NCBI GenBank assembly: GCA_024137785.1
Contig: JAHRHZ010000063.1
Span: 21,263,281-21,327,280 of the forward strand
DNA: 64,000 bases
Source: Ginglymostoma cirratum
Lineage: Eukaryota
Direction of reading: 5' to 3'
The notes under the pieces are model-generated. The model was given only the letters and a program-made list of their open reading frames with translations, was not told the origin of the DNA and searched no databases. Both the position numbers and the translations under genes were made by a program. This document shows, in pieces, positions 12,146 to 26,100 of the stretch (its first letter is position 1; every line of letters starts with the position of its first letter).

Positions 12146-12760
12146 TTACAGCAGTGATTGTGAATCATTGATACATGAAGGGGAGAGAAATCCCACCAGC
12201 AATGCCTGTACGGCATTTTCTGAATTCAATGGGAGGATCTTTGAACAAATGCTAGTGTCCTTCTTCAAGCTAACCCTACAAGCAATCAGGCAAAGCTCCT
12301 GCAAATCATCTACAAATGACTTGATACCATGTCCAGATGGCTGGGGAGGCATCTGGCCAGTCAGGTCCTGTTTCCTCAACTCTCCAATGGCAAGAGTTCC
12401 CAAGGAGAACAAAGAAAATGCTACAAAGACATTTTCATACTCTCCTTTAAGCACAGCAGCATTGACGTTAATGGCTGGGAGGAGCTTGCCACCAACTATT
12501 TGAAATGGTAACATTGTCCACCAAGCTGCATCATTTCTTGAGTCCAAGCACCCTACTGATGAGGCAGTGCACTAGCACAGAAAGAAAGAAAAGGAAGAAA
12601 GTTCTGCATTCTGAATCCCCCTATCTTATGGGAAGTTCTGCTCCATTTGCCCAAAGATCTACAGCCTGTTCAATCATCTGGCAGGAATGGCAGAAATTTG
12701 TAATCCTGAAAAGATATTATTTTCAAATCAAAGAACAGTTGATGACAAACGATACCTCAT
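12146..12760 (+). mobile_element. RTE-clade LINE 3' fragment
   Basis: Translation SQVLFPQLSNGKSSQGEQRKCYKD...IDVNGWEELATNYLKW resembles the RTE/BovB ORF2 C-terminus. Frameshifted. Confidence 0.7.
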
Positions 12761-14575
12761 TAGCCTCATTACTGACTAAAAAGAGAGTCAAAGGAAATTG
12801 GGGCTAAGCAGGAATGAGGAGTTGAAGCTGCAGTCAGTTGAGCCATGATTTTATTGAATGGTGGAGCCCTGTCAAAGGGCTAAATGGCCTATTCTTGGTC
12901 CTAATCCATATGTTTGTATGTAGATGCTTCTAGATGTCCTACGTTGTTCTGTTTAAATGTCTTCTACATTTCTTCCTTTAAATAGATCAGCTATGTCACT
13001 CATGTTATCAGGCAAACTTTGCTGATCTAATTGCTTCTTTGGATTCATGGTGATAGCAAAATTAGAAACACAATCAGACTCACAACATTCAAAAAAATAC
13101 TGCACCATAAAGACATGTTTCACAACTGTTGCATTGGTGTTCGGAAATGTGGATATAACATGATGCATCAGGAATGACATAATGCATTTGCTTAGTATAT
13201 ACACTACAATGCTCGATAATAGTGCGTAGTAACAGCCAAATCAAATTACCACATCCTTGGCACCAAATGAGTGAAATAGCAATTGTAATTGTGAATCATT
13301 GCAATTAGTACTATGTCTGTGTCCTTTGAACATTCACAAAACTATAAAATCATTAAGAATGGATCATCTTAGGATTCTATATGAACTTACTAAAAATGGA
13401 TGATTCTACGCCAAGTCTAATTGTTGGCACATTGCTGACAAATGGAAAGAGTAAAGACATGGCATTTCAAGACTAATATATATTGATTAATTAATTACCT
13501 CCTATTCTTTGAAACTTACAGTAATACAATGAATATCTGAACATTGCAACATACAACTTTTTAAGTTCCTTTGCCAGCATCAATTGACTTATCGTACAAG
13601 TCTAGTTACCTAGGAAAACAAGGAAAAGAATTTTTATTCAAAATTTTTTCCAGCATATCCATTTGTTACAATTTTGTTTAATTAATCTCTCCAAAAGGCA
13701 CAATTTAACAGAAAATACTTCTAAACAATTGTACTTGTGTTTACCAGTGACTAAGTGTAATTTGTATCACAAGACAAATGACAGGAAGACGAATGCTTGT
13801 ATTGAGCACCAAGTTACAAGACTATACTTACAATCTAGTAGTTACAAGTTATACCTGGAACAACATGAAAAACTGTAATGATTAACAGAAGACCTCTGAA
13901 CTGGTCTAATTATATAGACCTAGTCCATTCCTTAGTGTTTCTCAATTCGTATAATATAGAATACGTGCTGTCAGTTAGCAACATCTTGTCCTTACCGGCA
14001 AACAAAAGTTGAACTCAAGAGGGAACACACTTTATAAGCTGCTTGTCAATTTATGCCTTATCTTTTGCAGAAACATTTCAAGGTGCTTCACACACAATTA
14101 ATTCCATACAATTGCACAAACCAGATATTCCCACAGCTATTATGTGCATTGCAATATTCTGCAAATAGTGATCAATCCATTGTATTTATTTTAAAATAAT
14201 ATTGGATTAGGAATAGGAGCCCTGAGAAACCATTGCTGTTTTTCATAGCATGAAGGAGTTTAAATAAGCACAAGACAGTTGATTCTCCTATAAGATTTTT
14301 AGTACTTGCCATATATAAAAGCTTTTGATTTGGAAACTGAAACAGTAGAATGGGATGGGTCATTATTGCTTTGAGATCAACTAGCCACAGTATATGAAAA
14401 GTAACTCAGACATCCTCATTATGTGCTGATCAACCGATTGCAAAATACACCTGTACACACTACATTGCACCACATCAAGGTTTCAACACAGTTTACTGCA
14501 CATTAAAGATACTTATGTGCAAGTGCATTACTTAACAACCAATTAAAGATAGACACACAACTCTATTCATGATAT

Positions 14576-14772
14576 CAGAGATAAAAGGTACTGCAGATGC
14601 TGGAGAATCCGAGATAACAAGCATGGGGCTGGATGAACACAGCAGGTCAAGCAGCATCATAGGAGCAGGAAAACTTGACGTTTCGGACCTAGACCCTTCC
14701 CGAAATGACAAGTTTTCCTGCTCCTACGATGCTGCTTGACCTGCTGTGTTCATCCAGCCCCATGCTTGTTAC
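14576..14772. mobile_element. Self-inverted Penelope-terminus insertion with 15-bp TSD
   Basis: Arms ~14578-14687 and ~14701-14771 are inverted copies. Flanked by direct repeat CTCTATTCATGATAT at 14561-14575 and 14773-14787. Confidence 0.88.
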
Positions 14773-17700
14773 CTCTATTCATGATATATTATGTTCTTCA
14801 AGTATCTGGCAATTCAGAAACTCTGCAAATTTGAATTTTCTGAATTAAAAGTCATTACATTTAAATTTTGGCTCCTGGCATTACTCCATTCTGAGTCAAG
14901 CAAATAAAGTGTTTTGCCTTGTGTCGTGCACAATTGAAGAAGCATAACCTACAAATGACTCAATCTGATTCAATTTGGAAGATGACTCACTGAGCAGGAA
15001 CATTGCACTTTTGGGGTGGAAGGGCAGTAGTTGCAGATGTTATACTCGGGTGTATCTCAAATAATTATTGAATTTCTCATAAAAAATAATCAAGATTCCT
15101 GACCTGTTGCATCCTGGATTTAGTTTCATTGTTTGGTGACTTATTCGTAGCAAAAATAGGTTTCACCAGTGATCAAAGAACTTGCTGCGGAAAATTAGGA
15201 TTGCATTTTGCTGTCTTCTTCAAAATGTTACTCACAGTGAATTTTCTTTAATTGACTCCTGAAAAAAAATTCCATATTAAATTTCCCCTTATTTTCTTGG
15301 AAAGTTGCCAATTTATATTTATTTGCATTCGATTTTCAGGTTTCAATTCATCATCTCATAAACATTTATTAGATTTCCATGTCCATTAACCATTATAAAG
15401 CAAATTCCTGTGCATTTGTATGAAATTTCTAATTCAATCTGTATAAAGTACTTCAAACAATGTACATTCTTCATTCAATACTGCTTAGCCTAAATAAAAC
15501 TATAAGCAAACATTGGATAGTTAATCCATTAGCTATGCAAGATGGATATTTATTCACATCTAAAAAGGTTGCTACCTGACACACACACAAAATTGACAAA
15601 CAAGTAAAGGCCTAACGGTTCCTCATGATGGCTGAAGCATCATGATGCAGCACTTTCTGTTAGAAACATAGCAGCCTATTATTCTATCTAGCAAGTTGGC
15701 ATGTAAGCAGCTAGTTCAGCTGCTTCAGAGGACAGACAAGACTGAAGAACACCACTGTGGGTTAGAGATCACGTACAGGCCACCCTCGGCAAGGATGGAA
15801 GGTTTCCTACTCTAATAGAGATTTGCAAAGCTTTTCCTTAGACCTCAGGCTATTGCTTTCAGTTTTCAATGCTGTTTTGCTACCATCTATAATGTTTTTC
15901 ATTCCACACCTTGCGACACTTCAAATCAGAAAAAGCTAATACACTGGAAATAAGCTAGATGAAAGAAGAATAACAACTTGTCAATTAAAGCAACCAAGGA
16001 CTTAATGCTAGCTAATCACAGTAATATGGTATTTCAAGCATTCCTCACAACCTGCTATGAGATATGATACTGAGCAGGTGGGACTTGAACCCAGTCTTTC
16101 TGACCCAGAGATTCCTTCATACACATACTACAAGAACCCTTACATTGTCAGAGCAACTGACAATGCACATGAATGGTTTCATCTGGTTTAGATTGGAGGA
16201 GACTTTATCTATTTAATCAGTCCTATGAAGATGCATAATTTAGAATATTCTTGTAAACAGCCCATAAAAGGAGATTTCAATATGTTGACTATGTGGTCTT
16301 TTTCCTTTACAGACAAGCTATTTCAAATTCACACATAGAAACAGAAACACCACTCTTAATACCTGTTCCAGTTGTCAACTAATTAATTGAGATTGATTAC
16401 TATAATTAATCAACCACTCCATTCTAATTATATTATGCAACTAGCAGAATGTTAGAAAATGAATTAAGTGGAACTTTTTTCAAATAATAATTCCTATTTT
16501 CTAAAATATATCACATTATGGATGTCTAAGAGTCAATCTGATGTTACCTGAGATTCAGACTTATTATTACTTTTTGACATTCCACCATAGAACATGAATG
16601 TTGCTAGAGCATTTGTTGCCCATCTCTAATTGCCCTTGAGAAAATGCTGATGAGTGTTTCCTTGCACCACTGCAGTCCTTGGAATGTGAGTACATCCACA
16701 GTGCTGTTAGGAAGGGTGTTCCAGGATATGGACCCAACAACAATGAATATAATTCCTACACAGGTAATGGCTTGGATTGGAACTTGCAAGTGCAGATTCA
16801 ATCAATGTTTCTTAATTGAATTTCTGAAATTGCTTACATCTGCATAAAATGGCACAACTCATGACACCCTGATAATCCCAAAGTTGATTAAAGAAACATG
16901 CAAAACAAAATCTTAAAGATTCATTATCCAATAATTTTCAAGGCATATTTGCCTATTTCTGAGAGTTTGGTTGTATTTAAGTAGCTTTTGGGATGTGTTT
17001 TTTTTTTGCAGAAATAGCCATTGTCAGAGTTAGCACAAAAGTGTGTATGCAGAAAAGCTGAGCTCTGAATACTTTTACTACCTGGAAAATGTCCGAGGTT
17101 TTGTGTGAGCTTTCCCCATTTTTCACATGTAGACTGCCGGCTAGAGTTTGTGGTCAAGTGAAACGGCGTCAGTTCACTGTAGCATTTACTTGGATTTCTG
17201 AAATCCAAAGCAAACAATCAAGCAACTTGTGGTTTCTCCCTACCCATTAAAATTAAAACATCTGTCAGTACTGCCAGTCACGTTTATGTTATCTGTCTCC
17301 CAAATGCATTTAAACAGATCAAAAAATATCAATTGAAAATAAAGAAACTAAACTCCTTGCATTTAACTAAACGCAGTTGAAAATTTGGAATGTATCACTT
17401 CAGGCCGAACAGAAAATTAGTAAGTAAACAAAGCAACAAACCCAAACGTCAATCCTCTAAGTTTAATGTTGCCGCTGTGTGCTCCCGATAACTTGGCATC
17501 AATTAGTTTAATCAAGGTCCTGGAACTCGCTGTCTGAGACAGCTCCTTCATTCACCCGAGTGACTGCAGAGCCTTCAGGAAGATGGCCAATCACTAACCG
17601 CTCAAGGGAAACGAGGAACAGGCAGTCTTGCCACAATTCCCAAATCCCAAGGATTTTGTTTAGAAATTACATTGTAATAAGTGTCGTTACATATCGTCAC

Positions 17701-17879
17701 TGTTGGAAGTTAATGGGATACAGTAGAATGGCCTGTTACCGTATAAATGTCTTTAGAGTGAATCACATCAGACTGCGACCTACACTTAAGTGAACTACCA
17801 GAATTCTATTTGGAGTTTGTGATATTCCCACAGCTTCCACAGTAAAAGTTGCTGGGCTTCACTTTTTTGAACGCTGTTT

Positions 17880-18010
17880 TATATGTATATAATATATATA
17901 AGGACTGCACGATGACTGATGGTGGTGCTAATGTTCTGTGAGCTAGAGGTGTCAGGGAGGCAATATGTCCCACTAATTTGCCTACCGACGGGGCGTGTAT
18001 TGGGCGTGGT
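17880..18010 (-). promoter_or_regulatory. Candidate minus-strand promoter (two Sp/KLF boxes, CCAAT, TATA-like)
   Basis: GGGGCGTGT 17990-17998, ATTGG 17999-18003, TGGGCGTGG 18001-18009 and a TATA-rich tract 17880-17901, at the left edge of a CpG-rich block. Confidence 0.3.
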
Positions 18011-18219
18011 AAAACACCGCCAACAGCCATGATCGGCGGAGTATCGGCGTATTACCACCGGACGAGTGAATGCAAATATCTGGCTCAACTCAGTTTCACC
18101 TCCACGAGCGGTTGGCCGACAGTCAAATCCTCCCTACAAGAATGTTTGATAAATAACTTTCTTTTACCAAAAGGAAGGATTCTTTACTTGCTGGCTGAAA
18201 TTCCCCAATAAGCAGCTAA

Positions 18220-18800
18220 TGTTCGTGATTAATTTCCACTAAAGGGCGCAGACGTAAATCTATAGGGGCCTTCAGCAATCTCCCAGTGGCAAACTATCAA
18301 ACAGGGATTTTCTACATGTAGAACAATGTTGTCTATTTAAATGCTGCCACGGTTAGGTCAGTTTAACTGTGTTTAAACGAGTCTGAGTCACCTCCGTGCA
18401 ATCATGCAAAATATTAAATGTTCCCACCATTTCGCTTTTATGAATGATTGAGATCGCACACATAGCCTCAAATTGACTTCGCTGAAACAAGGTCTCCCCG
18501 TCGCACATTTGCATTAATATCCGTTTTGCCAGCGGTTGCCGTGACAATACAGCGCATCGGGACTTGTATTTTTCCAACTACCGTCTTTGTTTTGAATCCT
18601 CCTAAACTGCCTTCTATTTTCTTAAATATTGACATTTCGAGAAAAACGCAACGAGCGAGAGAACTAAAGTGTAATTTTAGACGCCAGTGAAGTGGTTCCC
18701 GCTCAGGCTCAGGTTCCAGCTCCCATGCTTCCGAACAGGCACCAAGAGAAGTAAATCGGTCTCCCATTTACTTGGGAAAATCCTTGACTCATCAGGTGTA
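18220..18800. promoter_or_regulatory. Candidate conserved enhancer (Sox/AP-1/Oct/RFX motifs)
   Basis: AACAAT 18322-18327, TGAGTCA 18384-18390, ATTTGCAT 18507-18514, GTTGCCGTGACAAT 18535-18548, TGACTCA 18785-18791. TE-free and CpG-retaining. Confidence 0.4.
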
Positions 18801-19323
18801 AATGAGTAAAGGATTGGCGTGTCCTAAACAAGATTTAGACGTTGGATTAACTAATCGCCACTAACAGACCTATCAAGAGTCAATAAAATAAATTTTGGAA
18901 GAGTACCACGGAATCTGCATTTTAAAAGCCAGCGACTGTACTGTTGAAATTATTGCACCTATGTGAGGGCTAAGTAACGCTGAGAGGAGTGTTTCGCGAT
19001 TCAATGATGTTGATCTTATTACAGTGCGTGAATGGTATCTGTCTTGTTAAATATGACTGAAGCAAACTCTTATTGTAAAATTTTTTTTCATCTGTTTGTG
19101 AGGCATAAGACACAAGGTTTGCGTACCTTCGAGAATTCCAATTTGTAAATCTACTGACCGAAGTGACTTCACTTTCACGTCAATGTCGTTTTCGTTGCAA
19201 TCCAATTGCGAACAAGTTCTCCTAGTTTATCTGCATTGCAGTACAATTCCCTCAAACTTTTTAATATGCTAATTATGGGCTTTTTATAAATGACCAAAAA
19301 TTGTACGTGGGCGAACAAACCAA

Positions 19324-19337
19324 CCGCCAGAGGGCGT
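19324..19337 (+). promoter_or_regulatory. CTCF motif
   Basis: CCGCCAGAGGGCGT is a close match to the CTCF core CCASYAGRKGGCRS. Confidence 0.55.
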
Positions 19338-19588
19338 CTCGATCATTCATTGCTAAACAACATGTCCACTGCTCGACCACTGGAGCGATTGGATTAAATT
19401 ACCAGATTTACGGGAAAAGAAAACTATACTTTAAATTGTGCTAATCGTTTGGCTGGACTTTTAGAAGGAGGAGTCTGTTCAAAACTCAATGGACTTACAA
19501 TGACAGGTGTACTTCAATGAGCATGTCTTTATCTCGACGGATTTGAAGAACCACCAGAGACCTTGACCCGTGCAGTGTTGGAACAATG

Positions 19589-20176
19589 ATAGAGTCATAG
19601 AGTCATGCAGCATGGAAACAGACCATTCGGTCCAACTAGTCCATGCAGACCATGTTCCAAAACTAATCTAGTCCCACCTGGCTGCGTTTGGCCGATATCC
19701 ATTCAACCTTTCCAATGCATAAACTGAACCAAATGTCTTTTAACGTTGTAATACTTGCATCCACCACTTCCTCTGGCAGTTCATTCCACACACTAACCAC
19801 TGTCTGTGTCAAAAAAGTTGCTACTCGTGCCTTTTTTAAACTTTATCCTCTTAAAAATATGCCCCCTAGTTTTGAACTCCCACGCTTTATGGAAAAGACC
19901 TTTGTTACTCACCTTGTATATGCCCCTTGTGATTTTATAAACCTGTTTCAGGTCACCCCTCAACCTCCTATCCTCCAGTGAAAAAAGTCCCAGCCTATCC
20001 AGCCTACTTTTATAACTGAAACCTTCCATTCCTGTCAACAACCTGGTGAATCTTTTCTGAACCCTCTCCAGTTTAATAATATCCTTCCTATAACACGGCG
20101 ACCAGAACTGCACACAGTACTCCAGAAAAAGGCCTCACCAACGTCCTGTATAACCTCAACATGAGGTCCCAACTCG
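19589..20176 (-). mobile_element. CR1 (HER1-like) LINE 3' end, relatively young
   Basis: ORF 19793-20113 QFWSPCYRKDIIKLERVQKRFTRLLTG...RLGLFSLEDRRLRGDL...YKITRG is the canonical CR1 ORF2 C-terminus, with a (atagagtc)n tail. Confidence 0.93.
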
Positions 20177-23100
20177 CCAAACTGAAACTCTCTTTAGTTT
20201 CAATTAGTGTTCAGGCTGCAGCTGTGGAAGTGGCCCTGACTGCACTAATAAAGACAATGTTAAAATAACTATAAATTGCATGTGGCCGACTTAAACAATG
20301 CTATGCTTGGCTTTGAAATCACATAAAAACGGGGTGATGTCTTTTGCAGGATACCAATTAAATTGTCTTATTATAATCTCCCTGGAGTCGCTATCTATAA
20401 ACTATAGCTGGTTGGCAAATAAAAAAAATCTCCGTGTGACAGACAAAACGGTTTCATTTGGTTCTGTTCAATGTCAGGGATGAATTAAGGATCAACTCAT
20501 TAACGGTGTTCATCAGCAAGGCGGGGGCTTTTTGAAGCTGGAACATTGTTCAGTATGAATATGAACTCGTACTTAGAACCTTGTTTTTTGAATTTTTTTT
20601 TAGTCTTTTTATCAGAAATATCGTAATCTGTAAGAGCAACTAGATCTGTTGTATTTCCCAGTTACAGAATGTCATAAAGATGGTTAGAATGTATTCAAAA
20701 TTTCTAGTTGAGATATTTCAACCACAAAATGTCTAATATGGGTTCAAGAATTAATGTCTGTGTTGAGATTATCTGAAATACATAGAATGGACAGAATTCT
20801 GGAACCCATGGCAAACACCATTAGCAATCGTTCTATTGCTGCAGAGTGAAGTCTGACTACGATGAAGCTTCAGTATCTAAAATTAAAACCGTGCTTGCCT
20901 GCTTGTTAACGACTCCCTTCCCTTACTGGAATGGAAATATCGATCTAGTGGATATTTCACTTGTGTTTACACTTGCGCTTACAACAATTTCAACTGTCAG
21001 TTTTGCAGCTCCACGGAAACTTTCAGTAACTGGCAACTTATAGTGGGATCAGATTTGAAAACCCTCAAGTTTAGATTTATTCCTAATTCGATCTGCTTTC
21101 GAATCAGTGCAACTTATTTCGCATTAGGTCTTTTCTCCATCCTATCTAAGTAGTCCCTCTCTCACTCTCTACCCAAGCAAAGCTGTTGTATGTAAACCTG
21201 CATTCACAGCGTGACAATGGGGCTGTTTTTTTTATATATCCACAAGCTATTTATTTTCCAATCAGAGGTATTGACTGTGAATTTCTTTGGTAAACTGGTA
21301 GCTTTGGGGGAGCTTTGAAGAATCACAAGTGGAGGGTTTTGTCTGGCCGAGATTTCCTAGCAGCGAAAGCCTTTATCCGTGCGTTTTATTGGCCTTCCTT
21401 TACATATGTATAGCGGGAATGGAGAGAGAAAAAAAACTGTTGTTAGTCAAGCATGGAGTCCATTTCCCTGTGGCTTTCAGAAGAAGAAAAAAAATTGTGT
21501 GGCTGTGTCCCGCTGTATAGTGGCTCCCAACACAACGTGGCAAGGGTTTGAAATTCTTCAGGTCATTTCTTGAGCAGACAGAAGTCGGTAACAAATTCAC
21601 AAGTTAGAATGGTGCTTGCCAAGAATGCTTACGAGTGGCGTTAAAATAAATCTAAGGCTATTCCGCTCGGGAAAGTGAAATCGGGATTCCAGTTTTCTCT
21701 CTCTTAAAGTTCAAATTGTAATTTAAAAAACACGTCAGGTTGCACTGGCGAATTAAAAGTGAAGCTGGCGTTCCTTCAAGTGACGAGCTGCACAGATGTT
21801 TGGAGGTCCCATCGTGTTTTTTTTTGTGTGTAAGAATGGATGCATTGTTTGCACCGATTTACAAAGGGCAGAATGGTCCTTTTTTAACGAAGGGAGTATC
21901 ATCCCATCTTTAAATGTTGATTTATTGAGGGAAGGTTGAATGAAAACGTAATTAGTATTTCTGAAGCATTAGAGTCTATTTAATTTAAATGCCAGTGAAT
22001 ATTTCACTCTCAGTTGCAAGTCACAATGTGTTCAGGATTGTTGGTGACTGCCTCTGCCATCTGTTACCTACTCTCGGAACAGAAGACATCAGAGAGCGAG
22101 GACATGGCTTGTGGCCTAACGTTTGCGTAACTTCAACACCCCTTTCTCCAACAAGGATCATTCTTTCGCCCCTGTGATTGTCCAGGGGAATGTATTGTGC
22201 ATTAGAACAGCGGTAGGAACTTTAGTGAAATAGGCCATAAGGAAAATGGGGGCGGGCTGGGGGGCAAAAAGTTAAGCAAAAGAAGAGGGCTCGGTGCTCA
22301 GAATGCAGTCAACGTTCAAAAGTGTTGTAATCTAGTTAAATCTGCAGTACCTTCCGGTCCCTCCACTCTTCTTTCAGCTGTGTGTCCGCTGCTGCTCCTG
22401 TGCATGAAATGTCAGCAACTCTTTTCACAATTGGGCAGCCAGTCACTACATTCCTAAAGTATAAAATAAATTACACATATAAATGGTAAAAAAAAATCGT
22501 TAAAAAGGGCACGGGACAAACAGTCAACATGTTAATGGAGTTTACTTAGTCAGTGAAATACCCATTCCAAAATTAATGTTTGGCTGGCTTGGGGTGGTGG
22601 TGAGATAAAACAATTGTACAATTCCAAAGAGGTATGCAGTTTGCAGCGAGTAAATGTCAGAGGGCAAGAAGAATGATTATCTCTGAACGGAGGGGGAAAC
22701 GAGTGCGATCCGTCCACACTCTAGATGTTAATGAGCCCAGTGGGCTTCCTGATAATTGGGATCATTTGTTTCCCTCTTCCCCCTCCCCCACACCCCCAAA
22801 CCCCTCTCACAAACTCATTTTATGCCATGAAAGTTCTGCGAACTACACCTCACCATGCCAAGTTAATGGCGTAAATTTGATACATTAATGTTGGGGCTGG
22901 AAACTTAAACACCTTGTGTTATAACCCTATTGCAAGTATACATTCACTCAGGAGCACTTTGTGGGTAAGGAGCTATTACAGCCCACATGTCTGTAGAGTA
23001 GCAATAAATTAACTGATGTTTTCCTTAAAGCTGTGATCCCCAGGGGAAACATTAAAATATGAGGGACTTTTTTTTAGGGAAAGCAATGCTTATATAAACT

Positions 23101-26100
23101 CTCCTAATTTAAGGTATTTTAAAGGCCCTTCGATTTTAGTTTCCTTGCAAGTTTTCCATCTTTTGATCACAGAAAATAGATCCTTGTCAGCTTACGGTGC
23201 AGATATATTCCTGACAAGTCTGTTTTTTATACAGAATCTTGGAGTTCCAGGAGCTTACTATTCAGTACATTAAACGTCTGTGAAAGTGACGCAGTGTCAA
23301 GTGTGTTATTTTAAGGTCATATCTTACAGTCTCGGTTTCAAGTTGGGCTCGGCTTGTTTCAAGTTCATGAGCTGTAATCGCATTCCTACCCCTCTTCATA
23401 CTATGGCTAATTTAGTAACAATTGTCGGTGGTATTAAAAACTTATCACGGCATTGATATCGAGAACAAATCTGCAAATTTAAAGCGCCATGGTCACAATA
23501 TGAAAGTACAAGTGCAACGTTAAGTTAAAGTTAATCGGGTTTAAAATAGTTTGAATAGTCCGAGTCATTACTTTATTCAGTGCAGCAACAGCTGAAACCG
23601 CCTGAGCACAGTATTCTTTGTATGAATGCATCTCAAAAAATACCACAGGCATCGTGCACCGAATGGAAAAGTTGTGTTTGTGGTAATTGAAAACACTTGT
23701 TTAGCAAACTTGATGTTCATTAATAAATAATATTTCGCCTTTTTTTTTGCTTCAGTCAATATTCCTTGAACTTACAGACGAGTCAGTGTCCCAAAACGAT
23801 AACATCTACAGTTATGCAAACGAAATGGGGTCTGCTTTCGCCATTTCCTCCATCCCATTGCTTTTTTTCAGTTATACGCCGAAAGCTAATATCTACTCCC
23901 CTTTGAACGTGAAACAGTACTTAAAAGTCTCACTTTTTCCCTGTAAAAGTGAGCCAGTAACAGCTGGCTCGTCATTTCCGTGTTTGTCCTTAGTGCTTTC
24001 AGTTTGTACTTTGAAAACATTTCGCAGTCATTGTGACTGACGGCGGGAAGTGACAGATTTAATTTTGATAATAGTTTTTAAAAAAGCTTTCTTGAAGACA
24101 GCGTCGTGAAGTACAATTTGGTGTTATTTTGAAGCTTTGCCATAGGTAACGTGTTTTGAATGTATCTATCATAACAGGAAGTAAAATGTGGTGGATTATG
24201 TATTCTGTGTAATAAGAAAACTCAATAGACACTTATCCCTCTTCAGTTCAAGTTGGAAGAGTTCATGTGTGTTCGAAGTAAAGTTTTTATTCATATATAT
24301 ACCGCTGCGCACCAAGAAAACAAAGCAAACGAGAACTAGAGGTCTTTGAGGAAAGCTTTCAAAAGTACCTGTCAAAGGTTAGTGATATCAATAAATCTAC
24401 ACACAAAATATTTTCTCGATATTAACAGGTAACCTATATACCAGACAAAATTATCTGTTAATATTACATTTTATCTTGTTGGTTGATAATAGTAAATCTC
24501 AATTTTGAGAGTAGTCCTTGTATTGATTGAAAGCGCAATGAAGGAGTTCGCTGGAAAGGGACACCTGCTCATAAGAATCATTTTGTTTCAAGCCCACCTA
24601 GCATTAAAAATAAGATTTTAATCTTGGATATTTTGTCAATTAGAACTTGCACGGTACTAGTCATAACATTAGGAGAAGATCAATGCTGTTGAATTGGACG
24701 AAAAGTGCTCTAATAAAAAGTAGATGGTTCCATAGTAACTGAGTCAGACAGAAGTGATTTTTTTTTCTGTTTTAACTAATAGCAACCTTTCGATTCACAC
24801 TTAACAAGTTATTTTGGGCGTTTCGACTTAACTCTTCCCCCCGCCCCTCATCCCTTATCGTTGCTTCAAAAGTTTGGGAACGAAATCTAGTGTCTGCACT
24901 TGTAAGATTCTTCAAATGACACTTTCAGATTTAGTTATAATTGGTGGGGCTTTATTTTAAAAGTCAACAGTATTTACATTGGGCGCATTTAATTAAATAT
25001 AAACAAGTAAAATATCAAATTTAAAGGTTCAAATTCGCTATACCAGGAAATAGTATAGAAGCTCATCTTCATGTCTTCTGCTTGAACGTACAGGAAATCA
25101 AAACAGTTAGAAGCTAATACCGTTAGATTTTTTTTGCGCTTGTTTCCTGGTAAGGTGTGTTTTGGATTCTAAATTGACTTCTATCGATGTTGCCACTGCA
25201 ATATGAGAATCAAACTGGAATTTCATTGCCAGTTAGATCATGCACTACTGTGTCAGCTTGACTCTAACAAAACAACCTACTGGAAGAAAAGCTAGAGCTT
25301 TATTAACCCCACAATGATGTGAAGTACTTTTCAGCAAATGAGCATGCAATAAAACGAAAGTTCAAATTATTGTGGAATCATTTTTTTGCGGACATGCCAT
25401 TTTTTTGTTGCTGGAACAGCCACTGCAGTTTCAAAAGAGATTGACATTAAATACGGGGAGCGAAACTATTGTCTTGCAACATTTCCTCATAACAATTGGA
25501 AGATAGTGAGAACATCGAAAAAGGTGCCTCACTGTAGGTGGCACAAATTGCTCAGGTTTTACTTTGCAGAATGATACTTGTGTTCTTTGCTCTTCATGCA
25601 CTACAGAGCAGCTCAAAATCCATTCAGTGCTGAAGATTTGATCAGATGTGTTACAAATAACTAGGGCAATTTTTTTTTTAAAAAAACGCTATGGATATTG
25701 CTATATGCAACGCCGTATTTCTCTGCAATATGCAAAATTTCTGGAAAACATTCTGTTCTGTTTAATTGTTTATATTGCAGACCATTTGAAATTAACAAAA
25801 AACCCTTTTTTCAGTCTACCTCACAAAATCCTCAACCGTGTAAGAGTTGATGCTTTAAGTGAACTGATAACCTGACATATCAATCTTATTTATAACGAGA
25901 CGGAAAGACACTGAGAAAATGGCTACTTTTGTCAAATACTCCCGTCATGCTGTTTAATCATTTTAAATGCTCTTTCTTAGGGAGAAAATTAAAAGGAAAG
26001 TCGAACTTTATATTATTTTTTAGAAAGTCAAATCTTCATACTTGCAGAGGTGCGTGAATAGGAAACACGTTGCAACGGGGAAAGGTGGTCAGACTAGTTG

